Shown: positions 52,575-62,002, counted from the first letter of the stretch. The stretch: DNA of 64,000 nucleotides from Candidatus Omnitrophota bacterium (GCA_026387475.1 JAPLLN010000049.1:16556-80555); one strand, 5' to 3'. Made by a program: numbers and translations. Notes: generated by a model not told the origin, from the sequence alone.

Positions 52575-53471
52575 TTATTTGTATACGGGGACCCTCTCCT
52601 TCTGAAGGCCATGATATACTTCGATGAAACTTATAGGTTTAGGCTCATCCGCTCTTTGCTGCGGAGGCATGACATACTGGAAAAGAGTATCCCATGTCGC
52701 TAATTGCGTGGGCTCGACCTTGGCATCCGTCGGAGAGCGCAGGACCAGGCGTATCTTACCCTGCTCCTGGACAAAAGACAAAAGGCCGGCCTCCTTGGGC
52801 GAAAGCGCCAAAGTTATCAGAGCAGAGGACTCGGTCGCCTGCTGCTTGCCGTATCTGGCAAGCTGTTCCATTGCCGGGGCTGTTCCGCCTGTCTCCTGGC
52901 CTACGGCAAGTATCAAGACATTCTGGAAAAGAGGTATAGAGGTAAGCTGCGTCACGGGCCTGCCTTCGACAACTTGTATCGGGATATTTACCAGCGCGAT
53001 GACATCGACATAGTCTCCGGCTTTGATCATCCCGACGAGTGTTGAGGCGTTATCCGCGACGATCGTTATAGCGCGCTTGCCTACGGGAGTAAGAGAGGCG
53101 AGATCGCCGGAACGCTTAAAAGAAAGTTTGTCCAGCGTTACCTGTTCGCCTTTTGATATAGGAGCGACCGTAAGCATGCCGGATATTCTGTCCACGGACT
53201 TGACCGCCCCGCCTTCTACGCGGTTATTGGGGACTATTTTTGCTTCCAGCCAATCGGGGTCGATCACGACTCCCTGCGCGATATCTTTTTTAGCAATCAG
53301 CACCGGGGTCTGGTTCGCCTGAATAGCTTCCAGTTCCTGTTTGGCGCGCAATCTGGCGGCGCGGTTCTGCTCGTCAAGGTAAACCTTGATCATAAATATC
53401 GCGATCAACGCCAGGCCGATACCGATGATAAGTATTATCTGCTGTTTCTGCAGTTGAATGGGTAGGCGCAT
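52575..53471 (-). CDS. cpaB: Flp pilus assembly protein CpaB/RcpC (298 aa).
   Basis: N-terminal TM anchor, then SAF-like segment ...VLIAKKDIAQGVVIDPDWLEAKIVPNNRVEGGAVKSVDRISGMLTVAPISKGEQVTLDKL. Confidence 0.7.
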   Translation of the reverse strand: MRLPIQLQKQQIILIIGIGLALIAIFMIKVYLDEQNRAARLRAKQELEAIQANQTPVLIAKKDIAQGVVIDPDWLEAKIVPNNRVEGGAVKSVDRISGMLTVAPISKGEQVTLDKLSFKRSGDLASLTPVGKRAITIVADNASTLVGMIKAGDYVDVIALVNIPIQVVEGRPVTQLTSIPLFQNVLILAVGQETGGTAPAMEQLARYGKQQATESSALITLALSPKEAGLLSFVQEQGKIRLVLRSPTDAKVEPTQLATWDTLFQYVMPPQQRADEPKPISFIEVYHGLQKERVPVYK

Positions 53472-53472
53472 A

Positions 53473-54375
53473 TTATTTTATTTTCCCTTCGTAGATCTCG
53501 ATGCGGGCGGAGCTGGAGAGCTTCCCGACGAGGTCATCAAGCTTCTGCTGCTGTTTTAGAAAGGTCAGCCCCTTCTTGATATCTTCCCACATGTCCGTCA
53601 GTGATTTTTGCTGTCCGCCTTTTTTGGCTTCCAGCTTAATGATGCAATAACCGTCGGGAGTCTTAAATACCGAGCTTACGCGGCCTACGTCCAGCGTGTC
53701 CGCGAAAGCCACCGCGTCAAACTGAACACTCTTAGTACCTTTCTTAACGTAGCCGAGGTCTCCGCCGTTCTTGGCGCTTGCGCTCTTAGACTTTTCTTTG
53801 GCCAGGCTGGCGAAATCAGCGCCCTGCAAAAGCTGGATAAGAATATCGCGGGCATCCTGCTCCGACCCGACGACTATCTCTCTGATCTCTCTCTGTTCAG
53901 GGTCTTTCAACTGATCCTTATATTTATTGTAATAGTCTTCGATCTCGGCGGAGCTGACATCCGTAGTCTCGGCGATCTGTTTGACCAAGACCATCAGCAG
54001 AAGTTCCTGGCGGGTCTTCTGCAAAACGCGCGTAACGTCTTCGTTGCGGTCAAGCCCTTTATCCGCCGCGTCCTGCGCCAGAAGCGTGCGCCGGATCAAA
54101 TCGTTTTTAAGATGATTTACTTTCTGTTCCTTGGTGGTGATCTTTAACTCCGGCTTATCCTCCGGGACGCTGGAGTTGTATACGTTGATATCCTGATCCA
54201 GGTCGTCCTGGGTAATGACCTCATTATTTACCTTAGCCACTACCGTGCCTGATTTCACTTCCGAACCAAGCGATATATTGACAGCCGCTTTCTTCCCTTG
54301 GAAGAGGCCGATCTTATCGCAACCGGTCAGCGATACGGCAATGAACAGCGATACTATAAAGATGAATACTCTCAT
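53473..54375 (-). CDS. Parvulin-type peptidyl-prolyl isomerase (PrsA/SurA-like, 300 aa), lipoprotein-like signal.
   Basis: MRVFIFIVSLFIAVSLTGC (lipobox). Parvulin segment ...ASAKNGGDLGYVKKGTKSVQFDAVAFADTLDVGRVSSVFKTPDGYCIIKLEAKK. Confidence 0.65.
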   Translation of the reverse strand: MRVFIFIVSLFIAVSLTGCDKIGLFQGKKAAVNISLGSEVKSGTVVAKVNNEVITQDDLDQDINVYNSSVPEDKPELKITTKEQKVNHLKNDLIRRTLLAQDAADKGLDRNEDVTRVLQKTRQELLLMVLVKQIAETTDVSSAEIEDYYNKYKDQLKDPEQREIREIVVGSEQDARDILIQLLQGADFASLAKEKSKSASAKNGGDLGYVKKGTKSVQFDAVAFADTLDVGRVSSVFKTPDGYCIIKLEAKKGGQQKSLTDMWEDIKKGLTFLKQQQKLDDLVGKLSSSARIEIYEGKIK

Positions 54376-54392
54376 TGATCCTCCGATTAAAG

Positions 54393-54635
54393 TTATTCCT
54401 TTTTGATTTCGTTGATGATCTTGATCAGAAGCTGGGCGATCTTGGCGATGATGTAGAAAAAGAAGAAAAAGAAAGCGTAGACCCCCAGAATGATCAAGCC
54501 CATCCAGCGCGGATAACCCTGGGCCAGGCCTAAGGTTATGGAGATGCCGCTGACTAAACCGAAAAACAAAAAAATCCAGGCCGCAATTTTAACTACGACA
54601 CTGGATACCTGTAAGAATTCTAGATGCTCGCGCAT
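54393..54635 (-). CDS. Small 2-TM membrane protein (80 aa).
   Basis: ORF track. Hydrophobic segments IAAWIFLFFGLVSGISITLG and GLIILGVYAFFFFFFYIIA. Co-oriented with its neighbours. Confidence 0.4.
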   Translation of the reverse strand: MREHLEFLQVSSVVVKIAAWIFLFFGLVSGISITLGLAQGYPRWMGLIILGVYAFFFFFFYIIAKIAQLLIKIINEIKKE

Positions 54636-54700
54636 TACCCCTCCTTATATTATCTAAATTTTAGCGTAAACTCGAAAAAATGCAAGAAAAATTTTGATTT

Positions 54701-56773
54701 TTATTTTTTCAGTTCCTTTTCCTTTTGCGCTATCCTTTGGGAGAGTTCAACATCCTGCGAATTATAAAGTTTAGCCTCTGCGAGAAACCTTCGCGCCTCT
54801 TCGGCGCGGTTAGTCGCGGCATAAAGGCAGCCTAACTGGTAACAGGCGGAGGCGTTTTTCTTCTTCAGTTTATTGGCCCGTAAAAGCGCTTGCTCTGCCG
54901 GCTTATATTCCTTGAGCGCGATCAAAGATTCCCCCAGATCAGTTAAAATCTCGGCGTTCTTGGGCATAAGGAGCGCGCCTTTGCGCAAATTCTCAAACGC
55001 ATCCTGCGCCAGACCCTTACGCAACGCTACTCTTCCCAGCACGTGAAAGGCCTCGGCGCAATCAGGCATGATGCGCAGCGCCTCGCGGGCTTCGCTAACT
55101 GCTGCGGCGTCTTCCCGCAGAAGGTCCAAGAACTTAGCCCGCTTAATATAAGGTAAAGGATAGATGTGCCTGATACCCAGAGGCTTTAGATCTGCGGACA
55201 GGGCGCCGTATTTGCTAAAATTTATGCCGAATTTATCGATCAGGTCTTTGTTAGCGGCTTCTTTCTTTAAAAATACCGCGGCTGATTCGTCAAAGAATAC
55301 CAGCCTCCATTGCGCATCCGCGTAGATGACCCTGGCTAAGGCGGGAAAGTCCGTGGACGAGCCCGTAAATATTGCAGCGCCGATATTGTACTTCTCTTCT
55401 ATCGCCTTAAAGGTAGGCGCGCTCCCTTTCATGGCGTCCATGTATTCTTTAAAGAACTCCGGGCCGTAGAACTCGGTGCGTCCGTCGATAAAAACCCTTT
55501 TGCGCGGATAGGCCTTCCCGATAAGGTATGCCCCGGAATTAAAATCATTGAAGATATTCGCCTGAATATTGTTGTCCAGGATAAACTCGACCGCCTTCTT
55601 AGGATAGCGCTTCTCATTGATGCCTATATGCTGACTCATAAACTTACCGGAATCAAAATCGTAGTAGCTTCCGACAGAGATGCTGTCTATTCTGCACCAG
55701 ATCCAGAAAATAAAAAGAACGGCCAGAACATTACGGATCAAGAAATACGCCGCTATGCGCCATGCCTCCCGGCCCTTGAGGCGCTTTTCCAGGAAATTCA
55801 AAAGAGGCGCGCCGTAAATCACGATAACGGTGAATGCGGCAAAGACAAAGAACATGACATTGCGCTGCGTAAGCGCGAATAAGAAAAAGGCCAGCGTCAA
55901 CACCGCGTCCGCAGGCTTGATCTTCTTAAAATTTAGCGCGAGGACCGCAAAACACAGTAAAACAAACCAATAAAAATAATTCCAGGAAAAATTATGCAGC
56001 CCGAATGTCGGGCGCAGCTCCTGGATATATTCAAAGAATATATTCGCCCTCCCGGCCAAGGCCTCTTTGAGGACAAATGCCGGATAAAGAGCGCCCCTTA
56101 ATCCGTTTGGATTTATAAGACAGGCAGCTAAGCTGGCGGCAAAAAGCAGCCAACCCTGGCGGCTGGAGCGCCTGAAGATCAAAATGAGCAAAGGCCCGAG
56201 GAAAAAGTATCCGTGAAAATTTACCCATAACGCCTGCAACGGGATCAGCAGCCAGATGATCTTCTTGTTGGGATAGAACTTCAAAAGATAGAGAAAGAAA
56301 CCGAAAAATAAAACGCTGAAAATATCCGGACGGATATTAAAACGGCTGGATGAAGCTGACACGGCCAGAAACAAAAGCAACGCTATTTCAAAATAATTCT
56401 TTATTTTCTTGCGCGCGACGAGGAATAGGATAAAAAAAGCGAAAAACAAAGCGTAGCAGGAAAAAAGTATGAGCCCTTCGGCGTGGGCAAAGTTATAGAT
56501 CAGATAGGAAAATAGCTGGAAGAGCGGCTCGTGGTCGACCCAGGGTTGAGCGGGAAGAGTAAAAGAGAAAATATCGTGCAGGGGGACGGCCTTATTCTGC
56601 CAGATGAGCTCCCCGCTTTTAAGATGGAGCCAGATGTCCAGGTCGAATATGGCCAGGTGGCTCATGATAAAGATCAGGCAGAAGACGCTGATAACGGCAA
56701 GCGCGCCCAGGAGCTTATCCAGCCTGAACCCTATCCTCTTCGCGTCTTGGAAATTGATCATAAGGTATAACAA
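54701..56773 (-). CDS. Polytopic membrane protein (690 aa) with a C-terminal TPR domain; function unknown.
   Basis: Many predicted TM helices in the N-terminal roughly 350 aa. C-terminal TPR-like repeats: ...AEAFHVLGRVALRKGLAQDAFENLRKGALLMPKNAEILTDLGESLIALKEYKPAEQALLRANKLKKKNASACYQLGCLYAATNRAEEARRFLAEA.... Confidence 0.6.
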   Translation of the reverse strand: MLYLMINFQDAKRIGFRLDKLLGALAVISVFCLIFIMSHLAIFDLDIWLHLKSGELIWQNKAVPLHDIFSFTLPAQPWVDHEPLFQLFSYLIYNFAHAEGLILFSCYALFFAFFILFLVARKKIKNYFEIALLLFLAVSASSSRFNIRPDIFSVLFFGFFLYLLKFYPNKKIIWLLIPLQALWVNFHGYFFLGPLLILIFRRSSRQGWLLFAASLAACLINPNGLRGALYPAFVLKEALAGRANIFFEYIQELRPTFGLHNFSWNYFYWFVLLCFAVLALNFKKIKPADAVLTLAFFLFALTQRNVMFFVFAAFTVIVIYGAPLLNFLEKRLKGREAWRIAAYFLIRNVLAVLFIFWIWCRIDSISVGSYYDFDSGKFMSQHIGINEKRYPKKAVEFILDNNIQANIFNDFNSGAYLIGKAYPRKRVFIDGRTEFYGPEFFKEYMDAMKGSAPTFKAIEEKYNIGAAIFTGSSTDFPALARVIYADAQWRLVFFDESAAVFLKKEAANKDLIDKFGINFSKYGALSADLKPLGIRHIYPLPYIKRAKFLDLLREDAAAVSEAREALRIMPDCAEAFHVLGRVALRKGLAQDAFENLRKGALLMPKNAEILTDLGESLIALKEYKPAEQALLRANKLKKKNASACYQLGCLYAATNRAEEARRFLAEAKLYNSQDVELSQRIAQKEKELKK

Positions 56774-57153
56774 AAAACTGGTAGCCCTAATCGAAAACAG
56801 GTGGAACGAAATTGTATCCGAATTAGGACAACTATATCAGTTCAATGAGCTTTGCAGCTCGTTAACTATAAGTAATTAAACCGATTATATCAAATATGGA
56901 TACCAAGTCAATAAGGAAATCTTATAGCGGGTAAGAAAAGATGCTGCAAAGCGGAGCACAGGAGAGAATTTTAGCGGAAGATGAAGCACGATAAGAAGTT
57001 AGGGCAAAAACGGGCTATGTCGTTTATGTCGCAAATAACTGAAGGCACCGCAGGATTAGACTGCTTCTTATGATTTGAACTACTTTAGTAGGGTCTTAGC
57101 AGTGAGAGCCAATATATACAATTATATAAAAAGAGGTATTAGGAAAGAATGTT

Positions 57154-57768
57154 TTACTGTGCTTCTTCTACTGACATAGATAACGTTTTGATATTCGGGA
57201 GACCAATTCGGTTTAAATAAGAAAAAAATCGTTGTGAAAGGCGTTCGCGGAACAATTCATTTATCGTTGCAAGATAGAATTTTTTATATTTTTCCTCAAA
57301 ATAACAGAATGGAACTGAATAGTGTATTTTGAAATCAATGACCATTTCAGGAATCTGAAGAGCTACATCACTATGAAGAAATTGATATCGTGGGTCGCTA
57401 TTCTTTTTAATGAATTTCCACAAGTCGCTTCCAATATTTACGGGTTTGACTGAAAACAATTCTTTTAAGTGTTCGCCCTGTTTTACAAGTTCAGCTGGAA
57501 ATGCTGGAAGAATTAAAATATTGGGCAGGTATTGATTGAATTCGATTAACCCTTCGGGGGTAGGTTTCGCTACTTTCTTCTTTTCTCCTTCTTCAAGGTC
57601 ACAGTCTTGACTAATAACAATGACATAAGGAAATTTTAAGTCAACTTGGGCGCTACCTTTTCCAATAATATAAAATTGTACATCCCTTAATATGTCGCCC
57701 TGACATATCCTTTGACAATTGTGCTTCTCATAAACGGTTGTTATTTTGCTTTTCAACATATCCAACAA
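57154..57768 (-). CDS. Hypothetical protein (204 aa); third gene of the XRE-adjacent cassette.
   Basis: ORF track. No recognised domain (…CQGDILRDV…YVIVISQDCDLEEGE…). It overlaps the upstream 71-aa ORF by about 40 nt. Confidence 0.5.
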   Translation of the reverse strand: MLDMLKSKITTVYEKHNCQRICQGDILRDVQFYIIGKGSAQVDLKFPYVIVISQDCDLEEGEKKKVAKPTPEGLIEFNQYLPNILILPAFPAELVKQGEHLKELFSVKPVNIGSDLWKFIKKNSDPRYQFLHSDVALQIPEMVIDFKIHYSVPFCYFEEKYKKFYLATINELFRERLSQRFFSYLNRIGLPNIKTLSMSVEEAQ

Positions 57769-57943
57769 CGTGAGCAGTAGCTCTGCTTAAAATATATCTC
57801 CGATTTTTTACAGCATCAGCAAAATTACCGATAGCTACTTCTGCGCTTGCCTCGTTTCCTATATCTTGATGAACTGTTTGAGAAAAACCTGCTCCAGTCG
57901 TTGATTGAATAAAATAATTATAAGCAATCAGATAATCTTCCAT
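57728..57943 (-). CDS. Small hypothetical protein (71 aa); middle gene of the cassette.
   Basis: ORF track. Tightly packed: its start abuts the stop of the 252-aa gene at 57944. Confidence 0.4.
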   Translation of the reverse strand: MEDYLIAYNYFIQSTTGAGFSQTVHQDIGNEASAEVAIGNFADAVKNRRYILSRATAHVVGYVEKQNNNRL

Positions 57944-58702
57944 CTACTCTACCTCCATTATCTCTCTCAAGCCATCTTTTATGCTCTTTTCAAATAACCC
58001 ATCTGCTTCATCATTAAATCTCTCAATACAGTCAAAAACATTACTTTCGTTAAAATCCTGTGTAAAAAAATCAAAATCTAATATAAATTCTTTTCGTCTA
58101 ATTTTTGCAGGAAATTCACTATTAATAAAACCATACGTAAAATTGACTTTATAATCATCGTGATTTATTACAACTTGGCTCATCGCTCTCGATACATCTT
58201 CTTTATTATCGAGAAATTTGTTTACTACATAAGTTAATGAAGAATCAATGTGTCGCCCCCATTCAAATGGATTACCCGTTTCTAAACGTATTTGATTTAT
58301 ATATCTTAAACCTAATCGATTATATTTAGACGGTTTGTAGAGTTCAATAAAAGACGCGATTACTTTTTTAGTAATAGTATCGAACTCCGTAAAATGTTGA
58401 TATTTAAAAAACTCTATCGATATATGATTGAAGGTGAGGCTTATCTTTTTTGTCTTATTTTCATCAAAGAAAATGTAAATAGGGTATTCTTTTCTCTCAT
58501 CTATCATTTGAGCCTTATTTACAGTAGCTTTATATTCTACTAAATTATTTACTTCGCGTTTCGGAAAGACACCGCTTACTTTTGCAGTAAAGTTATCTGC
58601 ATTTTGCTTTAAAGCGTGTTCGGCTATCGGGGCAAAATCAATTCTGCAGATAACGTTCGTGAGGAAGTTTTTCTTATAAATTATTTTTTTAGGCTTGGGC
58701 AT
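57944..58702 (-). CDS. Hypothetical protein (252 aa); first gene of the cassette. N-terminus resembles what I recall of the uncharacterised TIGR04255 family (unverified).
   Basis: MPKPKKIIYKKNFLTNVICRIDFAPIAEHA.... A candidate promoter TTGATA-N15/16-TATAAT lies just upstream on the minus strand (around 58735–58765). Confidence 0.5.
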   Translation of the reverse strand: MPKPKKIIYKKNFLTNVICRIDFAPIAEHALKQNADNFTAKVSGVFPKREVNNLVEYKATVNKAQMIDERKEYPIYIFFDENKTKKISLTFNHISIEFFKYQHFTEFDTITKKVIASFIELYKPSKYNRLGLRYINQIRLETGNPFEWGRHIDSSLTYVVNKFLDNKEDVSRAMSQVVINHDDYKVNFTYGFINSEFPAKIRRKEFILDFDFFTQDFNESNVFDCIERFNDEADGLFEKSIKDGLREIMEVE

Positions 58703-58854
58703 CTTATTTAACTGGAAGTCACTACTATAGGAGAATTATAACATTGTAGAAGAAAATATCAATTAAAATTATTATGGCAAATAGGCTTGCCCGAAATAAT
58801 ACAGGGAACCACTGCAACATCTTTACTCTTTAGTTTTATTCCGGAGGATTCAAA

Positions 58855-59130
58855 CTATAAATTATTTTCAGCTTCTTTGATGAACCTGCTTAATGGTAGA
58901 TTTAACGCCATAGCTATTTTGTATCCGACACCAATCCCCATATCTACCTTGCCCAATTCGATTTTACTGACATAAGTGCGATGTATCTCCGCCATATCAG
59001 CAAAATTCTCTTGGGAAAGATTCAGCTTGTGGCGTCTTCTTCTAATAGCAATCCCAAGCTCCTGCCTGAATTTTTTAGTCTTGATTTGTCTTTCCATAAG
59101 GTTTATAATCTCATAATGTAGCCTATTCAT
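58855..59130 (-). CDS. XRE-family helix-turn-helix transcriptional regulator (91 aa).
   Basis: ...LGIAIRRRRHKLNLSQENFADMAEIHRTYVSKIELGKVDMGIGVGYKIAMALNLPLSRF... is the HTH_XRE pattern. Confidence 0.7.
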   Translation of the reverse strand: MNRLHYEIINLMERQIKTKKFRQELGIAIRRRRHKLNLSQENFADMAEIHRTYVSKIELGKVDMGIGVGYKIAMALNLPLSRFIKEAENNL

Positions 59131-59198
59131 CTACATACGATAGTCTACAAAATATAAGACGAGTAACCTTGTATTTTCCAAAAGGAAATGGAGAGATT

Positions 59199-59960
59199 AT
59201 GAATAAATTATTAGTGCTGTTCGTTGCTTCATATTTTATTGTAATTGAATTCCTTTATGCTGCCCCTGTGGATGTGCCTACAGTAATTCAGGGTCTGGAA
59301 GGTAACATCTTCAAAGATAAAAAATTAGGCATAGCACTATCAATAGCTGGTGAAACAGATTTTTTAAGTTCAAGAAAATTAGATGAGGCAGATTGGTGGG
59401 GTGGTGGCACTTCAAAAGTAAAAGGTCAATTTTATACCACCAAGATAATCCTAACAGTTATCAATAAATTTGATATTTATGGTATTTTCGGGAAAGCAGA
59501 GAATTTGGAATCCAGAGATGCACAAGGAGGTAGCACTAAACCTAAAGATAAGCTTACTTGGGGTGCAGGATTAAGTATGCCTATTTATGAATGGAAGAAT
59601 TATGGTATTAAGTTTTTTGCTGATACGAAATACAGGGCAGTAAATAATATTGACTATAATAGCAATATTCAACAACCTCCTTCCCTGACTGGCGATATCC
59701 TGCCGAAATTTCTGGTGGATTGGCAAGAATGGCAAGTTGCTTTTGGCGCAGCCAAGAAATTTAAGTATTTTATGCCTTACGGTGGTCTTAAGTATTCTGA
59801 TTTCAAAGAACTTAGTGGAGATAGAGCTAACTATGCTGACACTAATGTTGGAATATTTGTTGGTTGTGCTATAACTCCAATAAAGGAATTTTCTGTTGAC
59901 TTGCAGGTTCGCGTTGTTGACGAAACAGCAGTTGCAATAAAAGCTACTTATAAATTTTAG
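59199..59960 (+). CDS. Secreted beta-barrel outer-membrane-protein-like protein (about 253 aa from ATG 59199; the ORF track starts at 59169).
   Basis: RBS GGAGAG lies 4 nt before ATG 59199. Signal peptide MNKLLVLFVASYFIVIEFLYAAPVD. Alternating amphipathic strands and a C-terminal ...AIKATYKF with a terminal aromatic residue, an OMP beta-barrel signature. Confidence 0.55.
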   Translation: MNKLLVLFVASYFIVIEFLYAAPVDVPTVIQGLEGNIFKDKKLGIALSIAGETDFLSSRKLDEADWWGGGTSKVKGQFYTTKIILTVINKFDIYGIFGKAENLESRDAQGGSTKPKDKLTWGAGLSMPIYEWKNYGIKFFADTKYRAVNNIDYNSNIQQPPSLTGDILPKFLVDWQEWQVAFGAAKKFKYFMPYGGLKYSDFKELSGDRANYADTNVGIFVGCAITPIKEFSVDLQVRVVDETAVAIKATYKF

Positions 59961-60076
59961 GCATAAAGAGAACTGGACTGCTCGAGACATAAAGGATACT
60001 CCGGACGACATAAGAAAAACGCTTCCTCTCGATAATTTACCTCCCATTCTTCCAAACTACCCCGTAGAAATATCGC

Positions 60077-60104
60077 TTGACAAAAGTGAACGCGTATGTA
60101 TAAT
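60077..60104 (+). promoter_or_regulatory. Near-consensus sigma70 promoter TTGACA-N16-TGTATAAT upstream of the MerR-like gene.
   Basis: TTGACA at 60077–60082, extended -10 TGTATAAT at 60097–60104, RBS AGGAG at 60114–60118, ATG at 60125. Confidence 0.5.
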
Positions 60105-60124
60105 TTAATAAACAGGAGATTGCT

Positions 60125-60994
60125 ATGGAATATGACTGGAATAATGCACGGCGAAATTACATTTACTACGAAGCGAGCGATTACAGCGTAGCTAAAGAGC
60201 TTTATCCGCTCCTTCATAAACCCTTCCTGACCCTGAAGAAGGTCGAGAATATCATTGATGATATTACCTACCGCAAAATCAATCTTTGGTGCAATGACGA
60301 GTTAGTCTCTGATTCAAGAGAAGATAACGATGCCGGTTGGCGAAAATTTTCGTATATTGATATCGTTAAGCTTCTGCTTATTACTGATTTGAGAAAATTT
60401 AATATGCCAATTGATGATATTAAAACCATCATCAACAAGGTCTCACATACAATCTTTACTCAACTCGTCAAACCTACGACAATAAGGGTGTTAGAGTTAG
60501 AATACTTTTATCTAAAGGCGCAGAGCGGGAACAGAATAGCTCTGCTCATAGATTTTAAGAAAGAGCCTATCGTGGTCTTCGGAACAGAAGCAAAGACAAT
60601 GGTAGATTATCAGGCAATCCGAAAAGCTGATTCTCCGCTCTTGATACTTCCCTTCTTCTCTTACGTTCAGAAAATAGCCGGTCTTTCAAATCATACGATA
60701 TCCATAAATGAGAAAACGTCAATGAGTGATGTAGTGCTCAAGCGTTTCTACGCTCCATCTTCACAGGAACAAAAGATTATAGGCTTGATTAGAAATAAGG
60801 GCTACGAAGAAATTGCTATCAAGCGGAGCAATAACGACGCAATCGTTATCAAAACGAAACACAGGGAAAGCGGGAAATTCACCGATAAGGATGTCATTGA
60901 CTTGATAAATAAACGAGATTATCAAAGCGTAACAGTAATAACGGACAAAGGGCAGAAAGTCGCTCTGATTCAGGAAGCAAATATAAAGGTTTAG
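60125..60994 (+). CDS. MerR-like HTH domain protein with an uncharacterised C-terminal domain (289 aa).
   Basis: ...DITYRKINLWCNDELV...FSYIDIVKLLLITDLRKFNMPIDDIKTIIN resembles the MerR HTH plus dimerisation-helix pattern. A strong promoter and RBS lie upstream. Confidence 0.5.
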   Translation: MEYDWNNARRNYIYYEASDYSVAKELYPLLHKPFLTLKKVENIIDDITYRKINLWCNDELVSDSREDNDAGWRKFSYIDIVKLLLITDLRKFNMPIDDIKTIINKVSHTIFTQLVKPTTIRVLELEYFYLKAQSGNRIALLIDFKKEPIVVFGTEAKTMVDYQAIRKADSPLLILPFFSYVQKIAGLSNHTISINEKTSMSDVVLKRFYAPSSQEQKIIGLIRNKGYEEIAIKRSNNDAIVIKTKHRESGKFTDKDVIDLINKRDYQSVTVITDKGQKVALIQEANIKV

Positions 60995-61079
60995 TGTATC
61001 GAGAACAACTCGGACTCTAATCCTTATTATTTAACCGTTCGCGGAGAGTATCGGTAACGAATCGGGCTCTACGTTTTAA

Positions 61080-61277
61080 GTGGAGCCTACTATGCTCTCC
61101 GTTGAACAGTGCAAGAAATATCTACCGGCGGGGAAATATACCGACGAAGAGATTGAACGAATGCGGGATGAACTCTATCAGGTCGCAGAAATTTTAGTCG
61201 ATGATTTTATTAAACAAAGTGGTGAAGCAAAAAAGTTTGTTAGATTTTCGACTTCATTTGCGTCAATTCAATTATAG
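61080..61277 (+). CDS. Small hypothetical protein (61–65 aa; likely start ATG 61092).
   Basis: ORF track. GGAG at 61082–61085 lies upstream of ATG 61092 (MLSVEQCKKYLPAGKYTDEEIERMRDELYQVAEILVDDFIKQSGEAKKF...). Confidence 0.4.
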   Translation: MEPTMLSVEQCKKYLPAGKYTDEEIERMRDELYQVAEILVDDFIKQSGEAKKFVRFSTSFASIQL

Positions 61278-61303
61278 TAGAGCATAAAAAAGGAGCGCGA
61301 GAT

Positions 61304-61999
61304 ATGAATATTAAAAGACTTATAGCAAGAGAGGGTCTTGTTTTAGTTGGAATTGTAGCAGCAGGAGCATTCCTAACCTTTTTGGGCTCTTGTCTTGAAA
61401 ATTCTATCGCGCATAAATATAAAATACCTTATGAAGATGTCGTTTGGGACGATGATTTAGAAAAAATAAAAGCGAATATTTCCAAGATGGACGCCATCGG
61501 AGTATCTGCAAATGAGATTGACAAATATTTATTATCTGAAGGGTTAACGCTTAAAGAAGCAAATAAATTATGCTTAAGACCAAAGCGTGATTATTATAAA
61601 GAGGAAATTCAAGGCAAGCAACCTCAAGTAGATTTATCTTCCTATTCCGATGAAGAACTTATGAAAATAGTTGGTTTCAGCCAAAAGGAGCAAGAGGCGC
61701 TCAAAGAATTGCGGGTTATCAGAGAAAAGTATCCTGAATATAAGGATTTGGACGACGTTACGCTGGTCTCTAAATTAGGACAAAGATTTCCTCAATATCA
61801 AAGCGTGAGCCAAGTCATAACCTCAATAACTCATCCTGCGATTGTGCGAAAGAAAACGAACATTTCCACAAAAATTATCGCATCTATTACACCTAAAATG
61901 GGTTCGTTGGGGGTTTTTATCTTGATTTTGGGTTATCCATTATATCTACTGTTCAGATTTATTCTATGGGCAAAAAGAACATTAAAAGCAGGAGCGTGA
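61304..61999 (+). CDS. Membrane protein (231 aa); paralog A of a tandem pair with conserved N- and C-terminal TM segments.
   Basis: RBS AAGGAG upstream. N-terminal MNIKRLIAREGLVLVGIVAAGAFLTFL and C-terminal ...GVFILILGYPLYLLFRFILWAKRTLKAGA are shared with the next gene. Confidence 0.6.
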   Translation: MNIKRLIAREGLVLVGIVAAGAFLTFLGSCLENSIAHKYKIPYEDVVWDDDLEKIKANISKMDAIGVSANEIDKYLLSEGLTLKEANKLCLRPKRDYYKEEIQGKQPQVDLSSYSDEELMKIVGFSQKEQEALKELRVIREKYPEYKDLDDVTLVSKLGQRFPQYQSVSQVITSITHPAIVRKKTNISTKIIASITPKMGSLGVFILILGYPLYLLFRFILWAKRTLKAGA

Positions 62000-62002
62000 G
62001 GT

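Noticed and set aside
48883-53322. Plus-strand ORFs inside the cpaF, cpaC and cpaB genes (for example 48883–49287, 51830–52204, 52624–53013).
   Set aside because: They are antisense to confidently identified Tad genes and have no motifs.
56774-57153. Searched the 380-bp gap at the island boundary, and other gaps, for a tRNA or tmRNA integration target.
   Set aside because: No cloverleaf-compatible sequence (acceptor stem plus T-loop GTTCRANNC) was recognised by eye, so it is not reported. A tRNA scan could still be run.
59571-60217. Minus-strand ORFs 59571–60047 and 59957–60217.
   Set aside because: They overlap the plus-strand OMP-like gene and the MerR-like gene promoter. The island is AT-rich, which generates spurious ORFs, and there is no RBS.
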